A program made the position numbers and the translations under genes. From positions 870,001 to 902,000 of the forward strand of contig NZ_JAGIOS010000003.1 of NCBI RefSeq assembly GCF_017876815.1: DNA of 32,000 bases, written 5' to 3'. The stretch is from Sinorhizobium meliloti. Lineage in GTDB: Bacteria; Pseudomonadota; Alphaproteobacteria; Rhizobiales; Rhizobiaceae. The notes under the pieces were generated by a model, which ran no database searches, was not told the origin of the DNA, and saw only the letters and a program-made list of their open reading frames with translations. Shown piece by piece: positions 16,233 through 24,409 of this stretch (within the stretch, counting starts at the first letter, position 1; the number at the start of each line of letters is the position of its first letter).

Positions 16233-17342
16233 ATGCCGACACCAGAGCGACCCAGTCTAATAGTTCGACAGAAATCCCCACAGAACATCGAGTTTCCGTT
16301 TGCGTCGCTCTCCGATTGGCTGATCCCAACCGAGCTGTTCTTCGTGCGAAACCATTTCGCGTCGCCGGACCTCGATGCGCGAGACTGGAGATTGCGCGTT
16401 GGCGGGGCGGTGGAGCGGCCAATCGAACTTGACCTCGACAGCATCAAGGCGATGCGGAGCACGATTTTCACCGCCGTCGTCGAGTGCGCAGGGAACGGGC
16501 GCGTCTACTATGAGCCGCCGAAGGAGGGGTTGCAGTGGCAGAACGGAGCCGTCGGCAATGCCGCGTGGACAGGTGTTCTTCTGCGCGAGATCTTGGAAAT
16601 GGCGGGCGTTAAGCGAACCGCACGTGAGGTTCTGCTCGTAGGCGCAGACAGCGGCGTCGTCGACACGAACAAGAAAACGGCTTCTCCCGGCCGCATCGCT
16701 TTTGCCCGCAGTTTACCGCTTGAGAAGGCAATGGCTCACAGCACGATCCTTGCCTATTCGATGAACGAGGAGGCGTTGACGCGCGATCACGGCTACCCGC
16801 TACGCGCGGTCGTGGGTGGCTGGTTCGGCATGGCTTGGGTTAAGTGGATCACGCATATCACGGTTGTGGAGCAACCGTTCCTTGGCTACTGGCAGGCGCG
16901 CGACTATTTCCGTTGGGAGCGCAGCCTCGGGGAACCCAGGCTGATCCCGCTTGCGGAGATGGAGGTCAAAGCACAGATCGCGCGTCCCGTGCAGGGGGCG
17001 CATCTCATCGCCGGCCAACCGTATCGGATTTTCGGAGCCGCCTGGAGCGGAGAGGCTGTTATCCGGCAGGTGCAGGTCTGCACCGGCGATGGCAGGGGCT
17101 GGCGCGAGGGAAGGCTCCTCGAAACAGAACGTCCCTTTGCATGGCGCTTGTGGGAGTACATGTGGACCCCTGAAGAAGTCGGGCGATATATACTGCGATG
17201 TCGCGCGATCGATGGGGCGGGGTGCGTGCAGCCCGAGCTCCCGCGTTCCGACTGCGAGAGCTACGCGGCCAATTGGATCGTTCCGGTGGAGGTTACGGTC
17301 GTTCCCGAGCCACAGACGTACGAGGAGGAATTCGTGATCTAA
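16233..17342 (+). CDS. Sulfite-oxidase-family molybdopterin oxidoreductase (369 aa, no signal peptide)
   Basis: FFVRNHF...WRLRVGG...VECAGNGR...WQNGAVGNAAWTGVLLREIL...HGYPLRAVVGGWFGMAWVKWITHI are SUOX-fold motifs, followed by a C-terminal dimerisation-type domain. ATG 16233 has GAGGA upstream. The longer track start at 16029 adds an Arg-rich, non-protein-like extension. Confidence 0.85.
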   Translation: MPTPERPSLIVRQKSPQNIEFPFASLSDWLIPTELFFVRNHFASPDLDARDWRLRVGGAVERPIELDLDSIKAMRSTIFTAVVECAGNGRVYYEPPKEGLQWQNGAVGNAAWTGVLLREILEMAGVKRTAREVLLVGADSGVVDTNKKTASPGRIAFARSLPLEKAMAHSTILAYSMNEEALTRDHGYPLRAVVGGWFGMAWVKWITHITVVEQPFLGYWQARDYFRWERSLGEPRLIPLAEMEVKAQIARPVQGAHLIAGQPYRIFGAAWSGEAVIRQVQVCTGDGRGWREGRLLETERPFAWRLWEYMWTPEEVGRYILRCRAIDGAGCVQPELPRSDCESYAANWIVPVEVTVVPEPQTYEEEFVI

Positions 17343-17888
17343 TCACCCGCATGGGGCGGAATGGCGACTTGGCGCAACTGCGACCCGCGTTGTCACTGCG
17401 TCATGTCCGCTTTGGGCCGAAAGCTGCCAAGTTACTTCGGCAGCGTCGCGCCCCGGAACGGACGCGGCACTTCAATTCGCGTTCGAAGGCCAACACTGGG
17501 TGATCAGGTCAACCGTCGAGGCCTGTCTGACGACATGGGACGGCTTCACGAAGCCGAGTATTCGACCGTTACGCCGCGCTGCCTTTGTCCAGTTCAGGCG
17601 GAGCGAAGTGGCAATGTAGAAATTCCCAAAAGCCGACGCCCGCTGGAGAATCCGAGCGTTGCGGTTTTGCATTGGACGCAATGGCCGCGCCGCGTGCGTA
17701 GACGATGTCCTCCGGAGCCACGAGGCACGCCGAGGACCAGCACCTTTCCCAGTGCCTTGGGCCTCATCCTTCACGTCTTTGATTGACCGCCCCTTCGCGT
17801 CGAACACGTCATCTGGACCCAGATCCTGCGGCTTGAGGAACAGATGTTCGGTTTTGTCAGCATCCAACACCCATCTAAGGCGCACCCC

Positions 17889-19135
17889 TTAGCATTGCCT
17901 TCCGCAAACATGCCATTCCCCCATCTGATAGCCATATTCCCCTTCCCGGCCATAGCACCATCCCACTGCCTGGAGTTTTGCCCCGATCGCCTCCCGACGG
18001 CTGCAGGCTTCCCGCGTCTCGTCTGAGTCGCCAGAACCTCCCCTGCACTGTCCGTTTTGATCCTGCCATTGAGATATGATCCTGACTGGTTCGCGCGCCT
18101 TCCTGTCCGTCGCCAGGACTGGACCGGTTTCGGACATGATCCTGCTTGTCGAGGGGTCCCATGTCAGGGAAAAATCGGCTACTCCCGACGAAGATTTCGC
18201 TCGTCTCGGACTATGCGCGAACCATTCGACAACACCGCTGACGGCACACGTCGAGGCGCAGACCACCCGCTCTGAGCTATGCTTCACGCTGTAAGCCCGT
18301 ACCGGCCACCTCTCAGCGAACGCAGCCTTTTCATTCAGGACCTCATCTCGTGATACAGCCTTGCCATAGAAGCCCACGCTCTCGGCGTAGACCGTGCTCA
18401 TGAAAGCCAGTGCGTCTGGGTTCGCCCGCGACCACGCATCGTGATACTCGGCAATAAACCGAAGGGCTCGGGTTTCGTCCGACGGCGCTGCGATCGTGGG
18501 CATCTGCTTAGTTGGTGGGGTGTTCCCACCGTTTGCTGTGACGTTCTGATTTGTGGCCGGTAAGGATGTCGTCACCCCGAACTGCGTCATCTCGCCGGCA
18601 GTCAGGTACCGGATGTCCGAACTGGGAATCGAAAGGCTCAGCTGCAGGAGCTTTGGATCGACCCCCATCTCAATAAGGTAGGTCATGATTTCCGCCGTGA
18701 TGGCCTGAACAGCTGCGACCGCCTCGTGACTTTAAGCGCCGCATCGCCCGAGAAGGAGGATTGATGGACCCCGATCGAACCTGGTTCGGCTGCTCGCCTG
18801 ACGCCGCCGACGAACGCCAGCGCGCAAGCCGAGGCACACTCCGCTGCCCGCAACTAGATTGTCTCGAGTCCGAGAGCGCGGATCGTCCGTCCGAAGGCCA
18901 TGGCCGCGTGGACGTTTCCGCCATCGCTGTTGAAGGTCACGACGCGCGCGCCGGATTGAGTGACCGCGGCACTCAGCGCTTCCGGCCGGTCTCCGAACTC
19001 GAACTCGCCACGAACCACAAGTACGATATCGCCGCCTTCGATTTGTAGCTGCTCGATTGAGACAGCCGCATGCGTGTGCGAAAACACTGCCATCAACCCG
19101 GCGAACAAACTCCAGACGCCCAGCCCAATACGCAT
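17889..19135 (-). pseudogene. Periplasmic ClpP/NfeD-fold (COG3904-like) multidomain protein gene, interrupted by an in-frame TAG and a frameshift
   Basis: Track ORF 18854..19135 (signal peptide plus N-domain) ends at TAG 18854-18856. The same frame continues LRAAECASACALAFVGGVRRAAEPGSIGVHQSSF, then shifts frame near 18700-18735 into track ORF 17889..18686 (SHEAVAAVQAITAEIMTYLIEMGVDPKLL...). Confidence 0.7.
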
Positions 19136-19306
19136 GCCTCGCCCCCGAACACTCTTCCCGCTCTAGGAGAATATCGATGTCCTAGACAACTGCAATCGCC
19201 TTGTGGGTGCCAAGTCGCGGGGAGACGCAATCCGCTTCTTTTGCGGTTTCATTGACAACGAACGCGTCGCCGGCTCAATCTTCGGTAGTTCCAAGAGGAC
19301 GGCGCT

Positions 19307-22069
19307 TTGGAAGAGGAAATACGCTTCGGGCCATTCCGGTTAATCCCCTCCAGGCGCAGCCTGTTGAAGGAGGGAGCAGCGGTGCCGCTGGGAAGCCGGG
19401 CGCTCGACATCCTGTCATTCCTCGCATCGCATCCCGGCGAGTTGAAGACCAACAACGAGATCGTGAAGCAGGTCTGGCCCAATACGTTCGTCGACGAGGC
19501 GAACCTCAGGGTGCATCTCTCGGCGCTCCGAAAGGCACTTGGGGATACCCAACGTTCTCCGCGGTTCTTAAGCAACGTTCCGGGACGCGGATACGCGTTC
19601 ATCGCCCCTCTGGAACGGGACAACCAGGCAGCCTCCCCACGTGTCGCTCCGCTTGCGAATTCGCACTCCGGACGCTTTCCCGCGCGCATTTTCGGCCGGG
19701 AGGAAAGCATCGCAGGAATTGCGGGCCAGCTGACCAAGGAGCGGCTGGTCACGATCTGCGGACCAGGCGGCATTGGCAAGTCAACCGTCGCGAAAGCCGT
19801 CTTGTCGAGGTGTGCGGCAGACCTTAACGCTATCTGGATCGACCTCTCGGAAGTCGGGAACGGAGTTCTGATCCCCACCGTGGTCGCGTCGGAGCTGGGC
19901 ATCCTGATCCGCACCGACAACATTTTGAAGGACATAAACGCACATCTTGATGGGCGTAATGTGGTGGTCGTCCTGGACAGTTGTGAGCACGTTGTGGAGC
20001 ACGCTGCCGAATTTGCGGAAGCGCTGCTGGATCAGACAACATCCCCGCGAATACTCACAACGAGCCGCGAGCCTCTCCGCGCACGCGGCGAACGCGTCTA
20101 CCGCCTGCAGCCTTTGGGTCTTCCTCCGTCTGCCGCCACCGCCGCGGCCGCTTTGATCTCCCCGGCGGTCCAGCTGTTCGTGGATCGTGCCGACGCCTGT
20201 CTTGGAGGGTACGAACTTTCGGATGTCGACGCGCCCTACGTCGCGGAAATCTGCTCGAGGCTCGACGGCATCGCGCTGGCAATCGAGCTTGCGGCGGGCC
20301 GCCTTGAGTCCCTTGGCATAGCCGCACTGTCACGGTCCCTCTCCGATTGCTTCCGCGTGCTGTCGCGCGGCCGAAGGACGGCGCTTCCCCGGCATCAGAC
20401 GCTTCGTGCGACGATCGACTGGAGCTATCTGCGCCTCCCGCCCCCCGAGCAGCAGGCTCTGAAAGAACTTTCGGTCCTGCCAGGCGGCTTCACGGGAGAA
20501 ACCGCGCGCGCCGTTATCTCCAGCGCCGAAGCCGACGACCTTCTTGCGGCGCTCGTGTCGAAATCGTTGCTGGTCGCGGACACCCATTACGGTGAGCCTA
20601 TTTATCGCCTGCTCGACACCACCCGCCTTTACGCTTTGGAGAAACTGGCCGACGCCGGAGAGTTCTCCGTTGTCATGTCCAGCTTTTCCGAACACCTCAT
20701 CGCGTTGCTGGAGGCGGCGGAAGAGGAGATTTATTCCGTCTCGATGGACGAGTGGTCGCAGGATTTCGCGCAGCAGGTGCCTGGCCTTCGCGCTGCGCTC
20801 GACTGGGGCTTCGGCAAATCGGGCGACATCCTCCGAGCGGTACGATTGACCGTGGCCGCTCTGCCCCTCTTCTTCCGCCTCTCCCTACTCGACGAATGTC
20901 TGGTCGCCGTAACCAAGGCGCTCGGCCACCTCGACGTGCGACCCGACCTCGACGAGCGGAGCAGGATGAAGCTGTACGCTGCGCTTGGATGGCCACAGAT
21001 GCGATCCACCGATGCGTCGAAGCATGGCATAGCCGCATGGACGACCGCCCTGCACATCGCGGAAAAGCTGGGCGACATCGACTACCAGCTGCGTGCCATA
21101 TGGGCGCTGTGGGTAGACGCCATAAACCGAGGGGAGCCGAGACTCGCCCTCGAGCTGGTCGATCGTTATCTGGCAGTCGCGCCATCCGCGCCCGACCGAG
21201 CAGACGTTATCATCGGACGCCGCATGCATGGAGCAACGCTGCACTGGCTCGGCCGACATGCCGAAGCGGCGGACGAGCTCCGGATGATGCTGGCCGATTA
21301 CGAGACCGTTCCCGACGGGCGGCATTCCGTCCGTTTCCAGTTCGACCAGCGAGTGACCGCGAGGATCATTCTGGCGCGGTGCCTTTGGGTCCTGGGGGAA
21401 GAGGATGCCGCCCTCCGTGAGATCGCAGAGACTCTCAGTCACGCGCTGGACATCCGCCACCACCTTTCGCTCAGCAACGTCCTGGCGGAGGCGGCATGTC
21501 CCATAGCTTTGCTTTCCGGCCGGAACGAGCTCGCAGCAGAATACATCCAGCTTTTGCGCGAACACACGAAAGCGCTGTCACTCGATGTCTGGAACACCTA
21601 TGCGGACTGCTTCGAGTCCGAACTTCAGCTCAGAGCGGGAAAGCCGGGCGAGTGCCTGACGCAGATACGCTCGAGCATGGGCGTGCTCGTCGGGGCAGGC
21701 TTCACGCTCTTCCAGACGATCTTCCAGACGACGGAGGCCAAGGCTCTTGCCGCCTCAGGCTGCCTAGATGAGGCGCTGGTGGTAATAAATGCAGCGCTCG
21801 GCCGCTGCGCCTCTTCTGGCGAGCGCTGGTGCCTGCCCGAGCTTCATCGAGTCAAGGGGCAGATAGAAGCCCAGACGGCGGGCGGTGGACCGTCGGCACT
21901 GGCCGCGTTCGAAACCGCTCTCGAAAGCGCCCTCGTCGACAGGGCGGAGGGATGGAAACGTCTCATCGTGGAGGACATCGCCCAGTGCCGCGCCGCGCTG
22001 GCCGCTGCCCAAGGCGGGATGCACCCACCGCCAATCAGTCCCCCAGGCGATCCTTCCGTGCCTTCGTGA
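19307..22069 (+). CDS. OmpR/PhoB-type winged-helix DNA-binding domain fused to a P-loop NTPase (NB-ARC/STAND-like) and TPR-like helical repeats
   Basis: N-terminus FGPFRLIPSRRSLLKEGAAVPLGSRALDILSFLASHPGELKTNNEIVKQVWPNTFVDEANLRVHLSALRKAL...GRGYAF. Walker A GPGGIGKST (nt 19760-19783). Walker B VVVVLDSCEH. Long helical C-terminus. TTG start with AGAGGA 8 nt upstream. Confidence 0.85.
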   Translation: MEEEIRFGPFRLIPSRRSLLKEGAAVPLGSRALDILSFLASHPGELKTNNEIVKQVWPNTFVDEANLRVHLSALRKALGDTQRSPRFLSNVPGRGYAFIAPLERDNQAASPRVAPLANSHSGRFPARIFGREESIAGIAGQLTKERLVTICGPGGIGKSTVAKAVLSRCAADLNAIWIDLSEVGNGVLIPTVVASELGILIRTDNILKDINAHLDGRNVVVVLDSCEHVVEHAAEFAEALLDQTTSPRILTTSREPLRARGERVYRLQPLGLPPSAATAAAALISPAVQLFVDRADACLGGYELSDVDAPYVAEICSRLDGIALAIELAAGRLESLGIAALSRSLSDCFRVLSRGRRTALPRHQTLRATIDWSYLRLPPPEQQALKELSVLPGGFTGETARAVISSAEADDLLAALVSKSLLVADTHYGEPIYRLLDTTRLYALEKLADAGEFSVVMSSFSEHLIALLEAAEEEIYSVSMDEWSQDFAQQVPGLRAALDWGFGKSGDILRAVRLTVAALPLFFRLSLLDECLVAVTKALGHLDVRPDLDERSRMKLYAALGWPQMRSTDASKHGIAAWTTALHIAEKLGDIDYQLRAIWALWVDAINRGEPRLALELVDRYLAVAPSAPDRADVIIGRRMHGATLHWLGRHAEAADELRMMLADYETVPDGRHSVRFQFDQRVTARIILARCLWVLGEEDAALREIAETLSHALDIRHHLSLSNVLAEAACPIALLSGRNELAAEYIQLLREHTKALSLDVWNTYADCFESELQLRAGKPGECLTQIRSSMGVLVGAGFTLFQTIFQTTEAKALAASGCLDEALVVINAALGRCASSGERWCLPELHRVKGQIEAQTAGGGPSALAAFETALESALVDRAEGWKRLIVEDIAQCRAALAAAQGGMHPPPISPPGDPSVPS

Positions 22070-22089
22070 GATTCTGTTAGAGCGTACCG

Positions 22090-22117
22090 TTTACACCGAT
22101 TTACAACTCGCAACTCG
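22090..22117 (+). promoter_or_regulatory. Candidate operator, site 1: TTTACACCGATTTACAACTCGCAACTCG
   Basis: TTTAC direct repeats start 10 bp apart, followed by a tandem CAACTCG CAACTCG. The site ends 49 nt upstream of the DJ-1-like start. About 22/31 positions are shared with site 2 at the same spacing. Confidence 0.4.
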
Positions 22118-22165
22118 TCCGCCCTCCCCGATCCGTGCACAAATGCCAGGAAGAGGAGAGTGCAA

Positions 22166-22714
22166 ATGGACCATGCCACACCGATCCGCCTATTGGTCAT
22201 TCTGTCGGCGGATATGGTCAGAGAGTCCCCGAACGATGAAATACGCATAGAGCGAATTGCGCACGTCTACTACATGTTCAAGGACTTAGAGGCGGACGTC
22301 GTTCTCGCCACGCCAACGGGCGGATATGCCGCACTTGCTTCCGATCTGCGCCAGTGCCCAAGCGAGGAGCCATGCGTTCAACGCTTTCTCTCGGATCGCG
22401 AGGCGCGAGATGACCTTGCGGATACCCTGAGCCTCGACCAGATCGTCATCGACGATTTCGACGCAGCGTTCTGCTTCGGATTTTCAGGATCAATCTGGGA
22501 GGCGGACGAGCTGGGCGTCGCGCCCGTAATCCGCGCATTCCTGGCAGACCAGAAGCCCGTGGCGATCATCCCCGGCCGAGGCCTCGACATCGCTGCCGAA
22601 GGTGCGGGGAGCGGCTTGCTGGTCGTCGGGGACAGTGGGCAGGCTGCGGCGCTCGCGGCACACGCACTCCTGAACGTGATCGAACTTCGCAGGCAGTTCG
22701 CGACGACGGCGTAA
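22166..22714 (+). CDS. DJ-1/PfpI-like (class I glutamine amidotransferase-like fold) protein, apparently lacking the nucleophile Cys
   Basis: Fold-typical layout: RLLVILS...VVLATPTGG...FDAAFCFGFSG...IRAFLADQKPVAIIPGRG. The position where family members have AICHG reads AIIPG. ATG 22166 has GAGGAG upstream. Confidence 0.5.
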   Translation: MDHATPIRLLVILSADMVRESPNDEIRIERIAHVYYMFKDLEADVVLATPTGGYAALASDLRQCPSEEPCVQRFLSDREARDDLADTLSLDQIVIDDFDAAFCFGFSGSIWEADELGVAPVIRAFLADQKPVAIIPGRGLDIAAEGAGSGLLVVGDSGQAAALAAHALLNVIELRRQFATTA

Positions 22715-22734
22715 CCGGCTAGCTACACCGCTCC

Positions 22735-22762
22735 TTTGCACGGATTTACGACACTTAACTCG
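22735..22762 (+). promoter_or_regulatory. Candidate operator, site 2: TTTGCACGGATTTACGACACTTAACTCG
   Basis: Same architecture as site 1. It ends 63 nt upstream of ATG 22825. GATTTAC was seen only at these two places in my scan of the window. Confidence 0.4.
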
Positions 22763-22824
22763 CGAAAACGCCCTTTCTGGAGGAGGTTGTAATCGGTCAG
22801 GCACACACCGCAAGGAAGATGCAA

Positions 22825-23802
22825 ATGGATGAACAATCAGACGCATTCACGGCGGAGGCCACACGGCGGGCCGTGCTGCTTGCGGGAGGTTTCGCCGTCG
22901 CCGCAATGGTATTGCCCGGCAAAACGTCGGCCGCGCCTCCAGAGACTTCAACCGGGAAGAGGAGTGAGGACATGTCGTTCATCAAGACCCAGGACCAAAC
23001 GAAAATCTTCTACAAGGACTGGGGACCACGCGACGCCCAGCCCATCGTCTTCCATCACGGGTGGCCGCTGAGCGCCGACGACTGGGACGCCCAGATGATG
23101 TTCTTCCTGGACAAGGGTTATCGTGTCATCGCGCATGACCGCCGCGGCCATGGCCGTTCGACGCAGACGTGGTCCGGCAACGAGATGGACACCTATGCAG
23201 CCGATGTCGCGGCGCTGACGGATGCACTTGATCTCAAGGACGCGGTCCATGTCGGCCACTCGACGGGCGGCGGCGAGGTCGCGCACTATGTCGCAAGGGC
23301 CAAGCTGGGGCGCGTTGCGAAAGCCGTGCTGATCGGCGCGGTTCCGCCGGTTATGGTGAAGTCGGACAAGAACCCCGGCGGCTTGCCGATCGAGGTCTTC
23401 GACGGCTTTCGCGCCGCGCTCGTCGCCAACCGCGCCCAGTTCTTCCTCGACGTTCCTGCCGGGCCGTTCTACGGCTTTAACCGTCCCGGCGCGAAAATCA
23501 GCCATGGCGTCATCGACAACTGGTGGCGGCAGGGCATGATGGGTGGCGCGAAGGCCCATTACGACTGCATCAAGGCCTTCTCCGAGACGGACTTCACCGA
23601 AGACCTCGAGGGGATAGCGGTGCCGACGCTGGTCATGCACGGCGACGACGACCAGATCGTCCCTTATGCCGACTCCGCTCCGCTTTCGGTCAAGCTCCTA
23701 AAGAACGGCACGCTCAAGACCTACGAAGGCCTGCCTCACGGCATGTGCACCACCCACCCCGAAATCATAAACGCGGACCTGCTGGACTTCATCCGCGACT
23801 GA
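22825..23802 (+). CDS. Alpha/beta hydrolase of the cofactor-free (non-heme) chloroperoxidase/perhydrolase type, with an N-terminal Tat-like signal extension
   Basis: [19 protein letters not shown]...[17 protein letters not shown]...HDRRGHGRS...[10 protein letters not shown]...[10 protein letters not shown]...GLPHGM. The upstream extension contains [24 protein letters not shown]. An alternative canonical start, ATG 22972, has its own SD. Confidence 0.85.
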   Translation: MDEQSDAFTAEATRRAVLLAGGFAVAAMVLPGKTSAAPPETSTGKRSEDMSFIKTQDQTKIFYKDWGPRDAQPIVFHHGWPLSADDWDAQMMFFLDKGYRVIAHDRRGHGRSTQTWSGNEMDTYAADVAALTDALDLKDAVHVGHSTGGGEVAHYVARAKLGRVAKAVLIGAVPPVMVKSDKNPGGLPIEVFDGFRAALVANRAQFFLDVPAGPFYGFNRPGAKISHGVIDNWWRQGMMGGAKAHYDCIKAFSETDFTEDLEGIAVPTLVMHGDDDQIVPYADSAPLSVKLLKNGTLKTYEGLPHGMCTTHPEIINADLLDFIRD

Positions 23803-23818
23803 CCCGCCGCCTTGGCGA

Positions 23819-23868
23819 GGCGAGCCGCACCGCGACCATCGTTTCGGTGCGGCTCGCCATCCTGTTTG
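23819..23868 (+). terminator. Strong stem-loop (perfect 13-bp stem) after the hydrolase gene; candidate terminator or attenuator
   Basis: GGCGAGCCGCACC (23819-23831) pairs with GGTGCGGCTCGCC (23846-23858) across a 14-nt loop. It is followed by ATCCTGTTTGCC, a weak T tract. Confidence 0.55.
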
Positions 23869-23910
23869 CCTGACAAGGCGATAAAGACGCATCGAAAAGG
23901 GGGAATACTG

Positions 23911-24372
23911 GTGACAACCGTCCTCGCACTGCTCATCGGCATCATCGCAGGCCTTCGTGCAATGACAGCCCCGGCGGCCGTCGCCTGGGCGGCCCACCTC
24001 GACTGGTTCGATGTCTCCGGGACGCCGCTCGCTTTCATGGGATACAGGTGGACGCCCTGGATTTTTACGGCGCTGGCGCTCATCGAGCTCGTCACCGATC
24101 AGCTCCCGAACACCCCGTCCCGCAAAGTGCCGATGCAATTCGGCGCTCGCATTCTCATGGGGGCACTCGCCGGGGGCACCGTTGGCGCGGCTGGAGGGTC
24201 TCTCGCCGGAGGCTTACTCGCTGGCACGCTTGGTGCGATTGCCGGGACGCTTGGGGGTGCTGCCGCCCGAGGCAAACTCGCTGCAGCGTTTCGACGCGAC
24301 ACTCCGGCCGCCCTCATCGAGGATGCCGTAGCTACCGGCGGCGCTCTCCTCATCGTGGCGGCCGTGCCATGA
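23911..24372 (+). CDS. DUF4126-like integral membrane protein
   Basis: IAGLRAMTAPAAVAWAAHLDW...ALALIELVTDQLPNTPSRKVP...ARILMGALAGG plus a Gly-rich C-terminal half. GTG 23911 has AAGGGGGAA upstream. The longer track ORF from 23812 would read through the terminator hairpin. Confidence 0.7.
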   Translation: MTTVLALLIGIIAGLRAMTAPAAVAWAAHLDWFDVSGTPLAFMGYRWTPWIFTALALIELVTDQLPNTPSRKVPMQFGARILMGALAGGTVGAAGGSLAGGLLAGTLGAIAGTLGGAAARGKLAAAFRRDTPAALIEDAVATGGALLIVAAVP

Positions 24373-24409
24373 CCGCTCTCAACGCCACTCAAGCGAATAG
24401 GAAAGCAAA

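Noticed and set aside
17343-17888. ORFs 17472..17885 (-) and 17361..17786 (+) between the molybdoenzyme and the periplasmic pseudogene
   Set aside because: The minus ORF starts plausibly (RLRWVLDADKTEHLFLKPQDLGPDDVFDAKG) but becomes Arg/Ser-rich. Another frame then looks better (LVAPEDIVYARGAAIASNAKPQRSDSPAGVGFWEF). This suggests a frameshifted remnant of an unidentified gene. Too uncertain to annotate.
18854-18856. The in-frame TAG as programmed readthrough or a recoded (pyrrolysine-type) codon
   Set aside because: No pyl genes or recoding signals are visible. The same gene also carries a frameshift and its paralog is degraded. An ordinary nonsense mutation or a sequencing error is far more likely.
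18761-19048. 95-aa + strand ORF preceded by AAGGAGG
   Set aside because: It is antisense to the conserved part of the periplasmic-protein pseudogene. The SD-like sequence is the antisense of the Ser-Ser-Phe codons, and the composition is shadow-like.
19252-19286. Sigma-70-like TTGACA-N17-TCAATC upstream of the STAND regulator
   Set aside because: The -35 hexamer is perfect but the -10 is poor, and a single hexamer match is expected by chance. It is noted only as overlapping the weak third operator-like site.
19249-21565. Several long minus-strand ORFs (19249..19935, 20697..21185, 20885..21565 and others)
   Set aside because: All are antisense to the 920-aa STAND regulator and have Arg/Pro/Ser-rich composition. 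No independent signals.
19307-22069. The STAND NTPase as an Avs-like antiphage sensor
   Set aside because: The N-terminal module is an OmpR-type DNA-binding domain rather than a nuclease, protease or other effector. The neighbours are metabolic enzymes with a shared upstream motif, so a transcriptional regulator role fits better.
22948-23640. 230-aa minus-strand ORF
   Set aside because: Antisense to the clearly recognisable alpha/beta hydrolase gene.
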